In this document: in pieces, positions 28,184 to 37,800 of the stretch
How positions within the stretch are numbered: the stretch's first letter is position 1
Layout of the letters: every line of letters starts with the position of its first letter
DNA from: a candidate division FCPU426 bacterium
GTDB taxonomy: Bacteria > Oederibacteriota > Muellerivitia > Muellerivitales > Muellerivitaceae
Direction: 5' to 3'
NCBI GenBank assembly: GCA_963847625.1
Contig: CAWKAR010000050.1
Coordinates: 64,001 to 128,000, forward strand
DNA length: 64,000 bases
Notes under the pieces: generated by a model
What the model was told of the DNA's origin: nothing
What the model saw: the letters and a program-made list of their open reading frames with translations, nothing else
Database searches by the model: none
Made by a program: the position numbers and the translations under genes

Positions 28184-29644
28184 TTAAAAGAAAGCCGATA
28201 TCTGCAAGCCTCCGAAAGGACCGCTCAGGTCCAACTGAAAGGGCTTGGAGTTGGCCGGCGAGCTGGTGGAGGGGGTCAGAAGCGTCACGCTGGGAGCATA
28301 AGTAATCATTTGCAGGGAGTAGGAACTGTTTTTAAAGGAATTGGCTGTCGCCGTTTCGTATCCCCCGTAAAGCGCGACCCCGGCTGAATCCCCAAGCTTG
28401 AGATCCAAACCCACCTGCCCCTGGCCGCCGGCGCCCATGCACGAATAGGTTCCGGCCGCACCCGTGGAGGGAGTGCTCGTGTAATCTATGCTCATGGGCA
28501 TCACGAATCCGCCCAGGCAGATGAAAGGCCTTAAATCGCCATCGCCGATCAAGTACCTGATGTTCAATCCCGCGGAAAAAGCGCTGATGTCCAATGACCT
28601 GGTTCCCGTAACCAAGGGAGTTAAAGTTGATGGCGAGGAAAGGGCGCCAGTTTCAGTGAATTTCCCGACCGGCAAGTAAGCCAGGGGAATTCCGATTTCC
28701 AGGTTGCTTCCGATACTCACAACGGGTTCCAGGCCCACTTGTAGGGTGCTGGTTGGTATCTTGGCGTCGTAGTTGTCCGAACCATTCCCGGCCAGTTGGG
28801 AAATGGCCACGAGGGTTTGCACTGATTGCGCGTGGGTGACCAAGTCGGCAAGGTTGATCGAGACGACGGAAGGTTCCAATCGAATTCCGAACGCGGTTCC
28901 CTTGTGGACTTTAGGCGGTTTCGCGGCCGCGGCCACTTGGGCGTCCACCCACTGTTGGTCGGCGGGTGAGAGCCTGGCCTTCACCTGGGCGAGATAATTC
29001 TGGACGGTGGGGTTGGGCTGTTTTTGGTTGGACAGGGTCAAGGCCACCGCGCCGTTCTTCATGTCGCCGGACACGACCTGACAGATGCCCAGGTAATAAT
29101 AGGCCATCCCATCGTTCGGGTTTTGCTGGACAGCGGCCTGGAATTGGGGAATGGCCTGGGCATACTGCTTTTGCTGGTAGAGGGCGACCCCTTGGCTGAA
29201 CGCGGTGGATGCCGCGGGTATCGCCGCCGGAGCCGCGGCCGCCGCCGCGGGGGCCGCTGTTGCCGCCGCAGGCTGTGCCGCCGCCGGAGAAGCCGCGGCC
29301 GGGACGCCAGCCGTGACGACCTTCGCCTGAAGGGTTTGTACGAAGGTGGCCAACTGGGTGTTGTTGGGCGTGAGAGCGAGGGTCTTTTGGTAATCGGCCA
29401 AGGCGTTCTGGTAATCCCCTTGCTGGTAATAACAATTGCCCCGGCTTTGCAGGGCGCCCGCGTTATTGGGGTCCATGTTCAGGGCCGCCGTGAAATACTG
29501 GATGGCTTGCGCGTAGTTCTTGGCGGTGTAGAACTGGAGTCCGGCGTTGTAATAATCGACCGCGGTAGCGGCCAAAGCCGCCGATGAAGCCAAGAATAAA
29601 ACCGCGACCAACCCGAAACGGCGGAATAATTGAATGGGACCCAT
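28184..29644 (-). CDS. Secreted TPR protein with C-terminal outer-membrane beta-barrel
   Basis: Signal peptide; two TPR clusters separated by an Ala/Pro linker; amphipathic beta-strands ending GLQISAFF. Confidence 0.75.
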   Translation of the reverse strand: MGPIQLFRRFGLVAVLFLASSAALAATAVDYYNAGLQFYTAKNYAQAIQYFTAALNMDPNNAGALQSRGNCYYQQGDYQNALADYQKTLALTPNNTQLATFVQTLQAKVVTAGVPAAASPAAAQPAAATAAPAAAAAAPAAIPAASTAFSQGVALYQQKQYAQAIPQFQAAVQQNPNDGMAYYYLGICQVVSGDMKNGAVALTLSNQKQPNPTVQNYLAQVKARLSPADQQWVDAQVAAAAKPPKVHKGTAFGIRLEPSVVSINLADLVTHAQSVQTLVAISQLAGNGSDNYDAKIPTSTLQVGLEPVVSIGSNLEIGIPLAYLPVGKFTETGALSSPSTLTPLVTGTRSLDISAFSAGLNIRYLIGDGDLRPFICLGGFVMPMSIDYTSTPSTGAAGTYSCMGAGGQGQVGLDLKLGDSAGVALYGGYETATANSFKNSSYSLQMITYAPSVTLLTPSTSSPANSKPFQLDLSGPFGGLQISAFF

Positions 29645-29788
29645 GAGACCTTCCTTTAAAACGAAATTTATTCCTGCAAACAGCGTATCCAAATGGAACA
29701 AAATAGGGTCTCCCCAGGCCCTGTTATAGGGAGAGATTTTACCAAGATTAACCGTTTTGGGTTAGGGAAAATCGGTTACCCGGGGGAT

Positions 29789-31804
29789 TTAGTCCTTTTT
29801 CCCGGCCCGCCGCCGGGCATCCTTCCATTTCCTGAAAAAATCGGGATTTTGAGGCTGGAGGCCCTCCGCTGTTTGGAAATTTTGGGCCGCTTCAGGGTAT
29901 TTTCCTTGAAGCATGTCAATATCGCCCAACCGCCCATAAAAAAGGGCTTCCTTGGGCATCAACATGATTCCTTTTTTATACCAGGAGACCGCCTCCGCGA
30001 ATTTCCGGCTTTTCATGTAAAGCGAACCCAGATTGTCCAGGTACTCGGCATTGAAAGGATCGAGCGAATAGGCGTTTTTAAACGCCTCCTCGGATTCCTT
30101 TAAACGCTTCAAGTTCCAGTAGGTGATACCCAGGTCCCGGTAAGCATCCCCGTAGCCGGGATTGATTTTGATGACCTGCTGGATCGCCGATAAGGCTTCC
30201 AAATGCCGGTTCTTCAGTTCGTAGGCGTACCAGAGATGGTGGTATAAATCAGAAGGAGCCGCCTCTTGGTATAGGGCGAGGGCCTGGTTGAATTCCCCGA
30301 TGGCCTCCTCCGGCCGGTTGATGGTCAGGAGGACCGTCCCTTTTTCCTCGTGGATATGGCCGCTGGTGGGGGGCAGAGCCAGGGCCAGGTCGTATTCCCG
30401 CAGGGCGTCGGCATGCCGGCCCGCCAATTCGTAAGACCGGGCCAGGTTGGCGTGGGGAACCTGGATGCCTTCCGGAAATAACCTCATGTCTTCCTCCCAA
30501 AGCGAGACCGAATTTCTCCAAATTGAAAGTTGCCGAAGGGTTCCCGCTCCCAGTCCGACCGTCAGGATGAAACAGAGCAGCGCCAGGAGGGCTGTTTTTT
30601 TCGATAGGAGGGAAGAGAGATAAGTTGCGGCCACCAGGAAAATCCCAAGGCTGGGAAGGTAGGTGTACCGGTCGGCGGCCGCCTGGAGCCCTACCTGCGG
30701 GAAACCCAGGACTGGCACGAGGGTGATGAGGTAATAAACCCAGGCGGTGGCCAGGTAGGGCTTCTTTTTCATCAGGAGCAAGCAAGCCAGGAAAATCGCG
30801 AAAACCGCCAGAGCCGCGGCCCAATGGGAGAAAGTGTAAGTCTCCAGGTTGGGGTCCATCGGGTAAAAAGGCGCCAGGTGATAGGGCACTCCCATCTTCC
30901 AAAGGTAAAACCCCAGGGAATGGAAAGCGTTCATGATCCGGAAATCCAAGGGGAGTTTCTCCAGGGGCGTGAATGCCCCCGCCTGGTATTGGGCGGTGGC
31001 GGTGACGATGCATACGCCCAAGGCCGCGAGAAAAAAAAGTATTTTCTCCGATATAAGTTTGGATAGGCCGGTCCGGAACCTCTCCAGGGGCCAGGCGTCC
31101 AGGAGAAGCAGAACCAGGGGCAGGGTGACGGCCATGGGTTTGGACATCAGGGCCATCAGGAACAGTCCCAGGCAGGCATAAAATTTCCAGGTTTTGGAAG
31201 GGAACTGGGAGGTGTGCTCGACATACATGAGAAGGCTGCCCAGGTAAAAGAAAGCGCACAGGACATCCCTGCGCTCCGCGGCCCAGGCCACCGATTCCAC
31301 ATGGAGGGGGTGGAGGCCGAATAAAAGCGCGCTCAACAGGGCGGCGGGAGCCAGGGGAAAGGCCGCTTGGAACGTTGGTCCGCTGGGAGTCATTTGTTTT
31401 TGGGCCAATGCCAAGATACGGGCGGAAAGGAAAAATACCAGAAGGGTGTTGAGCGTGTGGAGGATCAGGTTATGAAGATGGTAGACCCAGGGGTGAAAGC
31501 CGGCCAGCTGGCAGTCCAACGCCAGGGAAATCCAGGTAAGGGGAATCCAATTCCCGGTTTGGGAGGTGGACCAAATCCATTGGAAAAAAGTCAGGCCCAT
31601 GGCCCGGATGTGTGGATTGTCGAAGATGAAGACCTGGTCATCCCAGATCACGAAATCATGGCGGACGATGGGCAGGTAAAAAAGAAAGGTGGCCAAGGCC
31701 GGTATCCAGGCCAGGATCCAAAGCTCTTTCTTGCCGGCCCAGGCGTTTAAAAAATCATTCCGGACCGGGGTAACGGCGGCTTGATTTCCTGTTTCAGGCG
31801 GCAT
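29789..31804 (-). CDS. TMTC-like GT-C membrane glycosyltransferase with C-terminal TPRs
   Basis: FVIWDD loop, NWIPLTWIS, HxxNLILH, HPLHVESVAW..ER, SKPMAV, ADRYTYLP, WRNS..LW, followed by TPRs. Confidence 0.85.
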   Translation of the reverse strand: MPPETGNQAAVTPVRNDFLNAWAGKKELWILAWIPALATFLFYLPIVRHDFVIWDDQVFIFDNPHIRAMGLTFFQWIWSTSQTGNWIPLTWISLALDCQLAGFHPWVYHLHNLILHTLNTLLVFFLSARILALAQKQMTPSGPTFQAAFPLAPAALLSALLFGLHPLHVESVAWAAERRDVLCAFFYLGSLLMYVEHTSQFPSKTWKFYACLGLFLMALMSKPMAVTLPLVLLLLDAWPLERFRTGLSKLISEKILFFLAALGVCIVTATAQYQAGAFTPLEKLPLDFRIMNAFHSLGFYLWKMGVPYHLAPFYPMDPNLETYTFSHWAAALAVFAIFLACLLLMKKKPYLATAWVYYLITLVPVLGFPQVGLQAAADRYTYLPSLGIFLVAATYLSSLLSKKTALLALLCFILTVGLGAGTLRQLSIWRNSVSLWEEDMRLFPEGIQVPHANLARSYELAGRHADALREYDLALALPPTSGHIHEEKGTVLLTINRPEEAIGEFNQALALYQEAAPSDLYHHLWYAYELKNRHLEALSAIQQVIKINPGYGDAYRDLGITYWNLKRLKESEEAFKNAYSLDPFNAEYLDNLGSLYMKSRKFAEAVSWYKKGIMLMPKEALFYGRLGDIDMLQGKYPEAAQNFQTAEGLQPQNPDFFRKWKDARRRAGKKD

Positions 31805-32012
31805 TTCATTCCTTAATTATTGGGGGAAATAACGCATTCTATCAGATGGCACTCATTGCAAAAAGCCGGGTTTCTTTAGAGCCATCCACTGCGCTTCCTG
31901 ATATTCCCCTCCCGTTATTTAAAAAACAGGTGCGGTTTAACCGGTTTCATTTGACCCCCGCAGCCATTTGGCACAGATTCTGCAGGTATATAGGGCAAGG
32001 CAGGTGAGAGCC

Positions 32013-32192
32013 ATGGAAATCAGCTGCGAGGATGTAAGAAAAAGCCTTGAGGATTATCGGGAACACCGTTTGGGGCCGCCGCAAAAGGGACAAATCGAGA
32101 GGCATCTTTTCTATTGTCCCGAATGTATATTTCACTTGGCTCTGGTGACCGCCCGGAGCCTTGATCAGCAGGAGGTTTCGGCGGGAACTTGA
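32013..32192 (+). CDS. Stand-alone zf-HC2 (ZAS anti-sigma-like) small protein
   Basis: MEISCEDVR...IERHLFYCPEC (HxxxCxxC); followed by a terminator. Confidence 0.7.
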   Translation: MEISCEDVRKSLEDYREHRLGPPQKGQIERHLFYCPECIFHLALVTARSLDQQEVSAGT

Positions 32193-32213
32193 AAAGGAAG
32201 TTCTGTATAGCTT

Positions 32214-32249
32214 AAAGGCCCGGGTTTTCAATGGAAACCGGGCCTTTTT
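32214..32249. terminator. Bidirectional intrinsic terminator
   Basis: AAAGGCCCGGGTTTTC...GAAACCGGGCCTTTTT. Confidence 0.8.
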
Positions 32250-32299
32250 GTTTGAGGTGAAAAAAGCGGAGAAAATCCCCGGCTCCCTCGAATTATATT

Positions 32300-33796
32300 T
32301 TAGAAATGGATGTCCCGTTCGCCGCTTTTGACCCTCTCGTAGGCCTTGAGGAACTGCGGATAAAGGCGGGGAAGCTTATCCCGGATCTCGCCGATTTCCT
32401 TATCTATAAGTTCCTCTCCCCTGGGTTTGAAGTCCTGATCCCCGAAGTCGTCCAGCCATTCCCGGAAGGTCAAGACCGCGTTCAACTTGCAGAACTCCGC
32501 CTCTTTCCCGGTTTCCAACGAGGTTCGTATGCGATTTCCGGTGCGGCCGCAGCGGTAGCCCTGGGTGCAAAAGGAAGTAATGGTGCCGTTCCCGGCCAGG
32601 TCCCGGACGAGGTCTTTCAGGCTCCGGGTATCGCCCAGGAAGAACTGCTGTTTCTCGCCCACCTGCTCGGTCACGGAGCGCTGGTAGGCCCCCACGCCGA
32701 TGTTGGAGGAGGCATCCTCCTGGGTGATACCCAGGTTCAGGGCCTCCCGCCTGACGGCCGCCTTTTCCCGGGCCGTCACCACCATTCCTGCCGTTGGCAT
32801 GGAAAGGCGGGTGATGGCCAGGGTCCGCATGAAATCAGAGTCCGAGACGCGCCAGGGGGATTTCTCGGCGAATGGCGTGTTCACGGCCGGTTCCAGCCGC
32901 GGGAAAGAAACCGTATGGGGGCCCACCCCGAACCTGCGTTCCAACTCCCGGGCGTGGTGAACCAGAGCCAGGATCTCGAAGCGCCAGTCGTAGAGGCCGA
33001 ACAAGGCCCCGATGCTCACGTCCTCGATGCCCGCCTCCAGGGCCCGGTGCATGGTGAAAAGCCTCCAACGGTAATGGGACTTGACCGTGTTCTTGGGGTG
33101 GATCTTCCGGTAGGTGCCCCGGTGGTAGGTTTCCTGGAAGACCTGGTAGGTGGCGATATCCGCCCCGTGCAGGCACTTCAGTTCCTCAATGGGCATGGGC
33201 GCCGCGTTGATGCTGACCCGGCGGATGCGGCCCGAGCCGGGCTCCGGGCCCGCGTCCACTTCGTACACGGTCTTGATGCAATCCAAGATGTAATCGATGC
33301 CGGTCTCGGGGTGCTCGCCGAAAACCAGGATCAGGCGCTTGTGGCCGATCCTGCCCGCCAGGATCTCCACCTCCCGGCGGATTTCCTCCCGCGTCAGGAC
33401 AGAGCGGTGGATGGCGGGGTTACCGCTTCGGAATCCGCAATAAAGGCAGTTGTTCACGCAAAGGTTGCCGGCGTAAAGGGGGGCGAAGGTGACGATACGG
33501 TTGTCGTAAACCTTCTTTTTCACCGCGAGGGCCGCGGCCTTCATCGTCTCCAGCGAACCCGGGTCCGTGACCCTCAGGAGCTCGGCGGTTTCGGAGGGGT
33601 CCAGGGTCTGGATGGAAAGGGATTTGGAAAGGATTTCCCGCACCCGCGCGGGACCGGGGGGAGGGGCGGGACAAAGTAATCGTTCGATATCGGCGTCTGG
33701 GATGAAATCCCGGTCGCCATCCATGTACTTCGTGATTTCCTCTTCCCGTACCCGGTTTTTCGACCACTGGTCGATATCAACCGTGGAAATGGACAT
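32300..33796 (-). CDS. hydG: [FeFe]-hydrogenase H-cluster radical SAM maturase HydG
   Basis: FAPLY..NLCVNNCLYCGF, YQVFQETY, GPHTVSFPR, C-terminal SFCTQGYRCGRTG...FCKLNA, GERDIHF. Confidence 0.88.
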   Translation of the reverse strand: MSISTVDIDQWSKNRVREEEITKYMDGDRDFIPDADIERLLCPAPPPGPARVREILSKSLSIQTLDPSETAELLRVTDPGSLETMKAAALAVKKKVYDNRIVTFAPLYAGNLCVNNCLYCGFRSGNPAIHRSVLTREEIRREVEILAGRIGHKRLILVFGEHPETGIDYILDCIKTVYEVDAGPEPGSGRIRRVSINAAPMPIEELKCLHGADIATYQVFQETYHRGTYRKIHPKNTVKSHYRWRLFTMHRALEAGIEDVSIGALFGLYDWRFEILALVHHARELERRFGVGPHTVSFPRLEPAVNTPFAEKSPWRVSDSDFMRTLAITRLSMPTAGMVVTAREKAAVRREALNLGITQEDASSNIGVGAYQRSVTEQVGEKQQFFLGDTRSLKDLVRDLAGNGTITSFCTQGYRCGRTGNRIRTSLETGKEAEFCKLNAVLTFREWLDDFGDQDFKPRGEELIDKEIGEIRDKLPRLYPQFLKAYERVKSGERDIHF

Positions 33797-33966
33797 GATG
33801 AATGGACTCCTCTGAAAACAAAAGGTCTTCCCCCAAGCGAGTGGGTATAAGAGGGGAAGACTTTTGAATGCATTGTGTCACAAGAGTTTTAGCTTGTGAA
33901 GGGTATTGAAGGCATGGCAGCGAAAGGCCGTTCCATAAACCGAAACAAGAAAGCTGTGTTCTTTCC

Positions 33967-34464
33967 TCAAAGGCTTAATTCCATCCTGTAATCATCCATA
34001 ACATAACCCTCTCCGATGTCCGTCATAACGGGGCCGGTGACGATGAAACCCAACTTCTTGTAGATTCCCACGCTCGGGTTGCGCTTATGGACGGTCAGAG
34101 TGATTTTAGGAAGATTTTTATTGCGGGCCAAGTCCAGGATGAATCCCATGGCTTCCCGGCCATAACCCTTTCCCCGGAATTCCAAGGAAATGTAGAACTT
34201 GCTCAAGAATAATTCATCTTCCCTGGGAAGGACGGACAGGTAACCGATAAGCCGGCCCTGCTCCTCCATCAACAAATGATAAAGGTAACCTTCCTGGAGT
34301 TGTTCCAGGATTGACTCTCGGGACTGGAATTTATCCACCATGTATCGGATCTGGTTTCCGCCGATAATGGGAGTGTAATGCTCCGTCCAGATTTTTTTCG
34401 CGAGGGATTCGATCAGACGAATCGAAGGTCCGTCGATCGGGGTAATGGGTTTGTGTTGAATCAT
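33967..34464 (-). CDS. GNAT acetyltransferase
   Basis: IWTEHYTPIIG, LSKFYI, RGKGYG, YKKLGF, GYVMDDY. Confidence 0.9.
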   Translation of the reverse strand: MIQHKPITPIDGPSIRLIESLAKKIWTEHYTPIIGGNQIRYMVDKFQSRESILEQLQEGYLYHLLMEEQGRLIGYLSVLPREDELFLSKFYISLEFRGKGYGREAMGFILDLARNKNLPKITLTVHKRNPSVGIYKKLGFIVTGPVMTDIGEGYVMDDYRMELSL

Positions 34465-34895
34465 GCTTCCATCCGGAATCCTAATTTGGGCGGATATTGT
34501 ATGCCCTTGGGACGGTCTTCCCGCCCCTGGAAGGGTAAAAGGGTGTTTTTAATATTTTTCATGGGTTCCAGATAAGTCAAAAAACATCCTTTTTCAGCAA
34601 AAAAACTGACATTTTTAGCCCTTTTTTTTGGTTGTGGAATGATTTTGAAATAAAAAACATGTTTGATTAACAAATTTTTATAGGGCATTTGTGCCGGATT
34701 CTTCAACCATAAACGGTTTAAAAATTGTTTTATTGCTTGATTTAACGTTAATGGGGTTGTGTTGGCGTTTATCTGGTTGGTTTTTAGATGATTTTTGATT
34801 GTGGACCTAAAATTTGGAATAGTTTATGCGATATATCCTTAAATAAAGCGGTTTAACCTTAGTTGTAATTTTGTATTGGACGAAAGACGATAACG

Positions 34896-37800
34896 ATGGC
34901 TAACCAAATGTTTAAAAAAGAGTTCTTTTCATTTTCACGGTCCTTTTCCCGGGCGCTCGAGATTTCTTTGGCGCTTCTGGGTCTTTTACTGTTATGGGAA
35001 TTTCCTTCGCAGTCCTGGGCCCAATGCACGCCGAGTTCCGCCAAGATTTGCGTTTCCAGCGACGACTGGTCGCAGGTCTATGTCGGCGGCGTTTACCTGG
35101 GGCAAGTGGCTTATTGCAACTGGGATGGTAGCGGCAGTTGTCCCCCGGGTTGTCTTACTGTTGCCACATCCCTTTTGACAGGGTCCGAGGTTTACATCAG
35201 CGTTTACACCCAAAACACCGCCTGCAACAACCTTTACGCTTCCTGGGATCTGGACATCACCTGTTCCAACGGCCAGCATTCCGAGATCACCAGCGGAAGC
35301 GGCGGCGTCCATATGGATTACATCAGCTCGGGGAACCCCACCACTCCCCCCGCCACCAACTGGTACGCGACCGACTACAGCACCAGCGGCTGGGGCAGCC
35401 CGACCCAGGTCAGTGCCACTTCGGCGGATTGCTGTTGGGGCCAGGGCATCTGGAACCCCGTGAGCGGCGCAAGAGTTCCTTATTTATCGACGGACGCCAA
35501 TGGGGATTACAGCACCAGCAACTGCAACGGGGCCCTGTTTTTCTCCCAAGGCGTCGCGATCCCGGCGTCAGGAACGACCCTGGGCCCTCCGGCATTCACG
35601 GTCGGAAAAGCCATCTGCAGCGCGGCGAGCACCCAGTCCGGAAGCAACAACATCTCAATCGGGTTCTGCCTGACCGTTTGCAACACAGGGGGTCCTGCCA
35701 CGACCTCAGTCACCCTGGTAGACACGATCAGCCAGGGCTATTGGCAATCCACGTCGCTTCTGAGCGGCGGGGCTTCGGTGCAAAACGGGAATTACATCGC
35801 CACCGAGCCCTATGTCAACGGCGTTGGGGGGAACCAGATTTCCGTCATCTGGGGGGAGGGGTTTGCGGGAAACTCCTGCGTCACCTTTACGGAAGACGCT
35901 TATGACAACAACGGGTTGGTCAACAACCAATGCACGACGGCCACCAACAACTTTACCATGGGGGGGAAGACCTCCAACACGGTGACCTTCAACATCCCTT
36001 GCTACACCAATACTTTCACACCCACCCATACCTTTACCTATACCCCAACACCCACCTATACGCTTACTCACACCTATACCCCGACGGTCGCCATGACTCC
36101 CACCTTCACCCACACCAACACTTTCACCAATACCTTTACGGCCACCTTTACACATACTTTCACCTACACTCCGACGATCGCCGTCACGCCAACCTTCACC
36201 CATACCAACACTTATACCTATACCTATACTCCCACTCCCACTAACACCAATACCTATACTCCGACCCCAGCCGTCACGCCCACCTTTACCCATACCAACA
36301 CATACACCTATACCTATACTTACACCCCCACGCTCACTCCAACTCCCACGAGGAGCCCGACCCCGACCAACACTCCCACAGTGTCGCCAACCCCGACCCC
36401 GACGAATACACCCACGAACACCCCGACCCGGACTCCCACCCCCACTCCCACAGTGTCGCCAACCCCGACCCCGACGAATACATCCACGAACACCCCGACC
36501 CGGACCCCTACCCCCACTCCCACAGTGTCGCCAACCCCGACCCCGACGAATACACCCACGAACACCCCGACCCGGACTCCCACCCCCACGCCCACAGTGT
36601 CGCCAACCCCGACCCCGACGAATACACCGACGAACACCCCCACGCACACACTTACGCCGACCCCGACGGTAAGCCCCACACCTACGCCGACGAATACGCC
36701 GACGAACACCCCGACCCGGACTCCCACCCCCACGCCCACAGTGTCGCCAACCCCGACCCCGACGAATACGCCCACGAACACCCCGACCCGGACCCCCACC
36801 CCCACTCCCACAGTGTCGCCAACCCCAACCCCGACCAATACGCCGACGAACACCCCCACGCACACACCTACGCCGACCCCGACGGTAAGCCCCACACCTA
36901 CGCCGACGAATACGCCCACGAACACCCCGACCCGGACCCCCACCCCCACGCCCACAGTGTCGCCAACCCCGACCCCAACGAATACACCGACGAACACCCC
37001 GACCCGGACCCTGACACCGACCCCGACCACAACGCCCACGTTTACGCCGACCAATACCCCCACCCTGACGCCCACTAACACACTGACTTCTACTCCAACC
37101 CGCACGCCTACCTTCACGCCCACGAACACGCTGACCAACACACCGACTCCTACGCCCACGCCGACCCCGACGGTAAGCCCCACACCTACGCCGACGAATA
37201 CCCCCACGAACACCTCGACCCGGACCCCGACACCGACCCCGACCACAACGCCCACGTTTACGCCGACGAACACGCCGACAAGGACGCCCACGCCAACCCC
37301 GACCTATACGCCTACCATCACCCCTTCGCCAACCCCAACGAACACGCCGACGAACAGCCCCACCCCTACCCACACGCCGACCGGGACTCAGTCACCCACT
37401 CCCACGTCGACTAACACGTTCACTCCCACTCGGACCCCGACACCCACGAATACGCCAACGATTACGCCTACGTTCACACCGACGAATACCCCGACTTCCA
37501 CCCCGACCCGGACCCTGACCCCGACCGTGACGATAACGCCATCGCTTACGCCGACAAATACCCCGACTTCCACTCCCACCCGGACCCCGACGCTGACCGT
37601 GACGATCACACCTTCGTTCACGCCGACGAATACCCCCACCTCCACGCCCACGAACACCCCCACGCCAACGGTGACGATCACACCTTCATTCACGCCGACG
37701 AATACCCCCACCTCCACCCCGACGCGGACCCCGACGCCAACCTTGACGATCACACCTTCGTTCACGCCGACGAATACCCAGACTCCCACGCCCACGAACA

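Noticed and set aside
33865..33915. Rex/CRP site upstream of hydG
   Set aside because: TTGTGA half-sites are present but spacing and orientation do not fit the consensus
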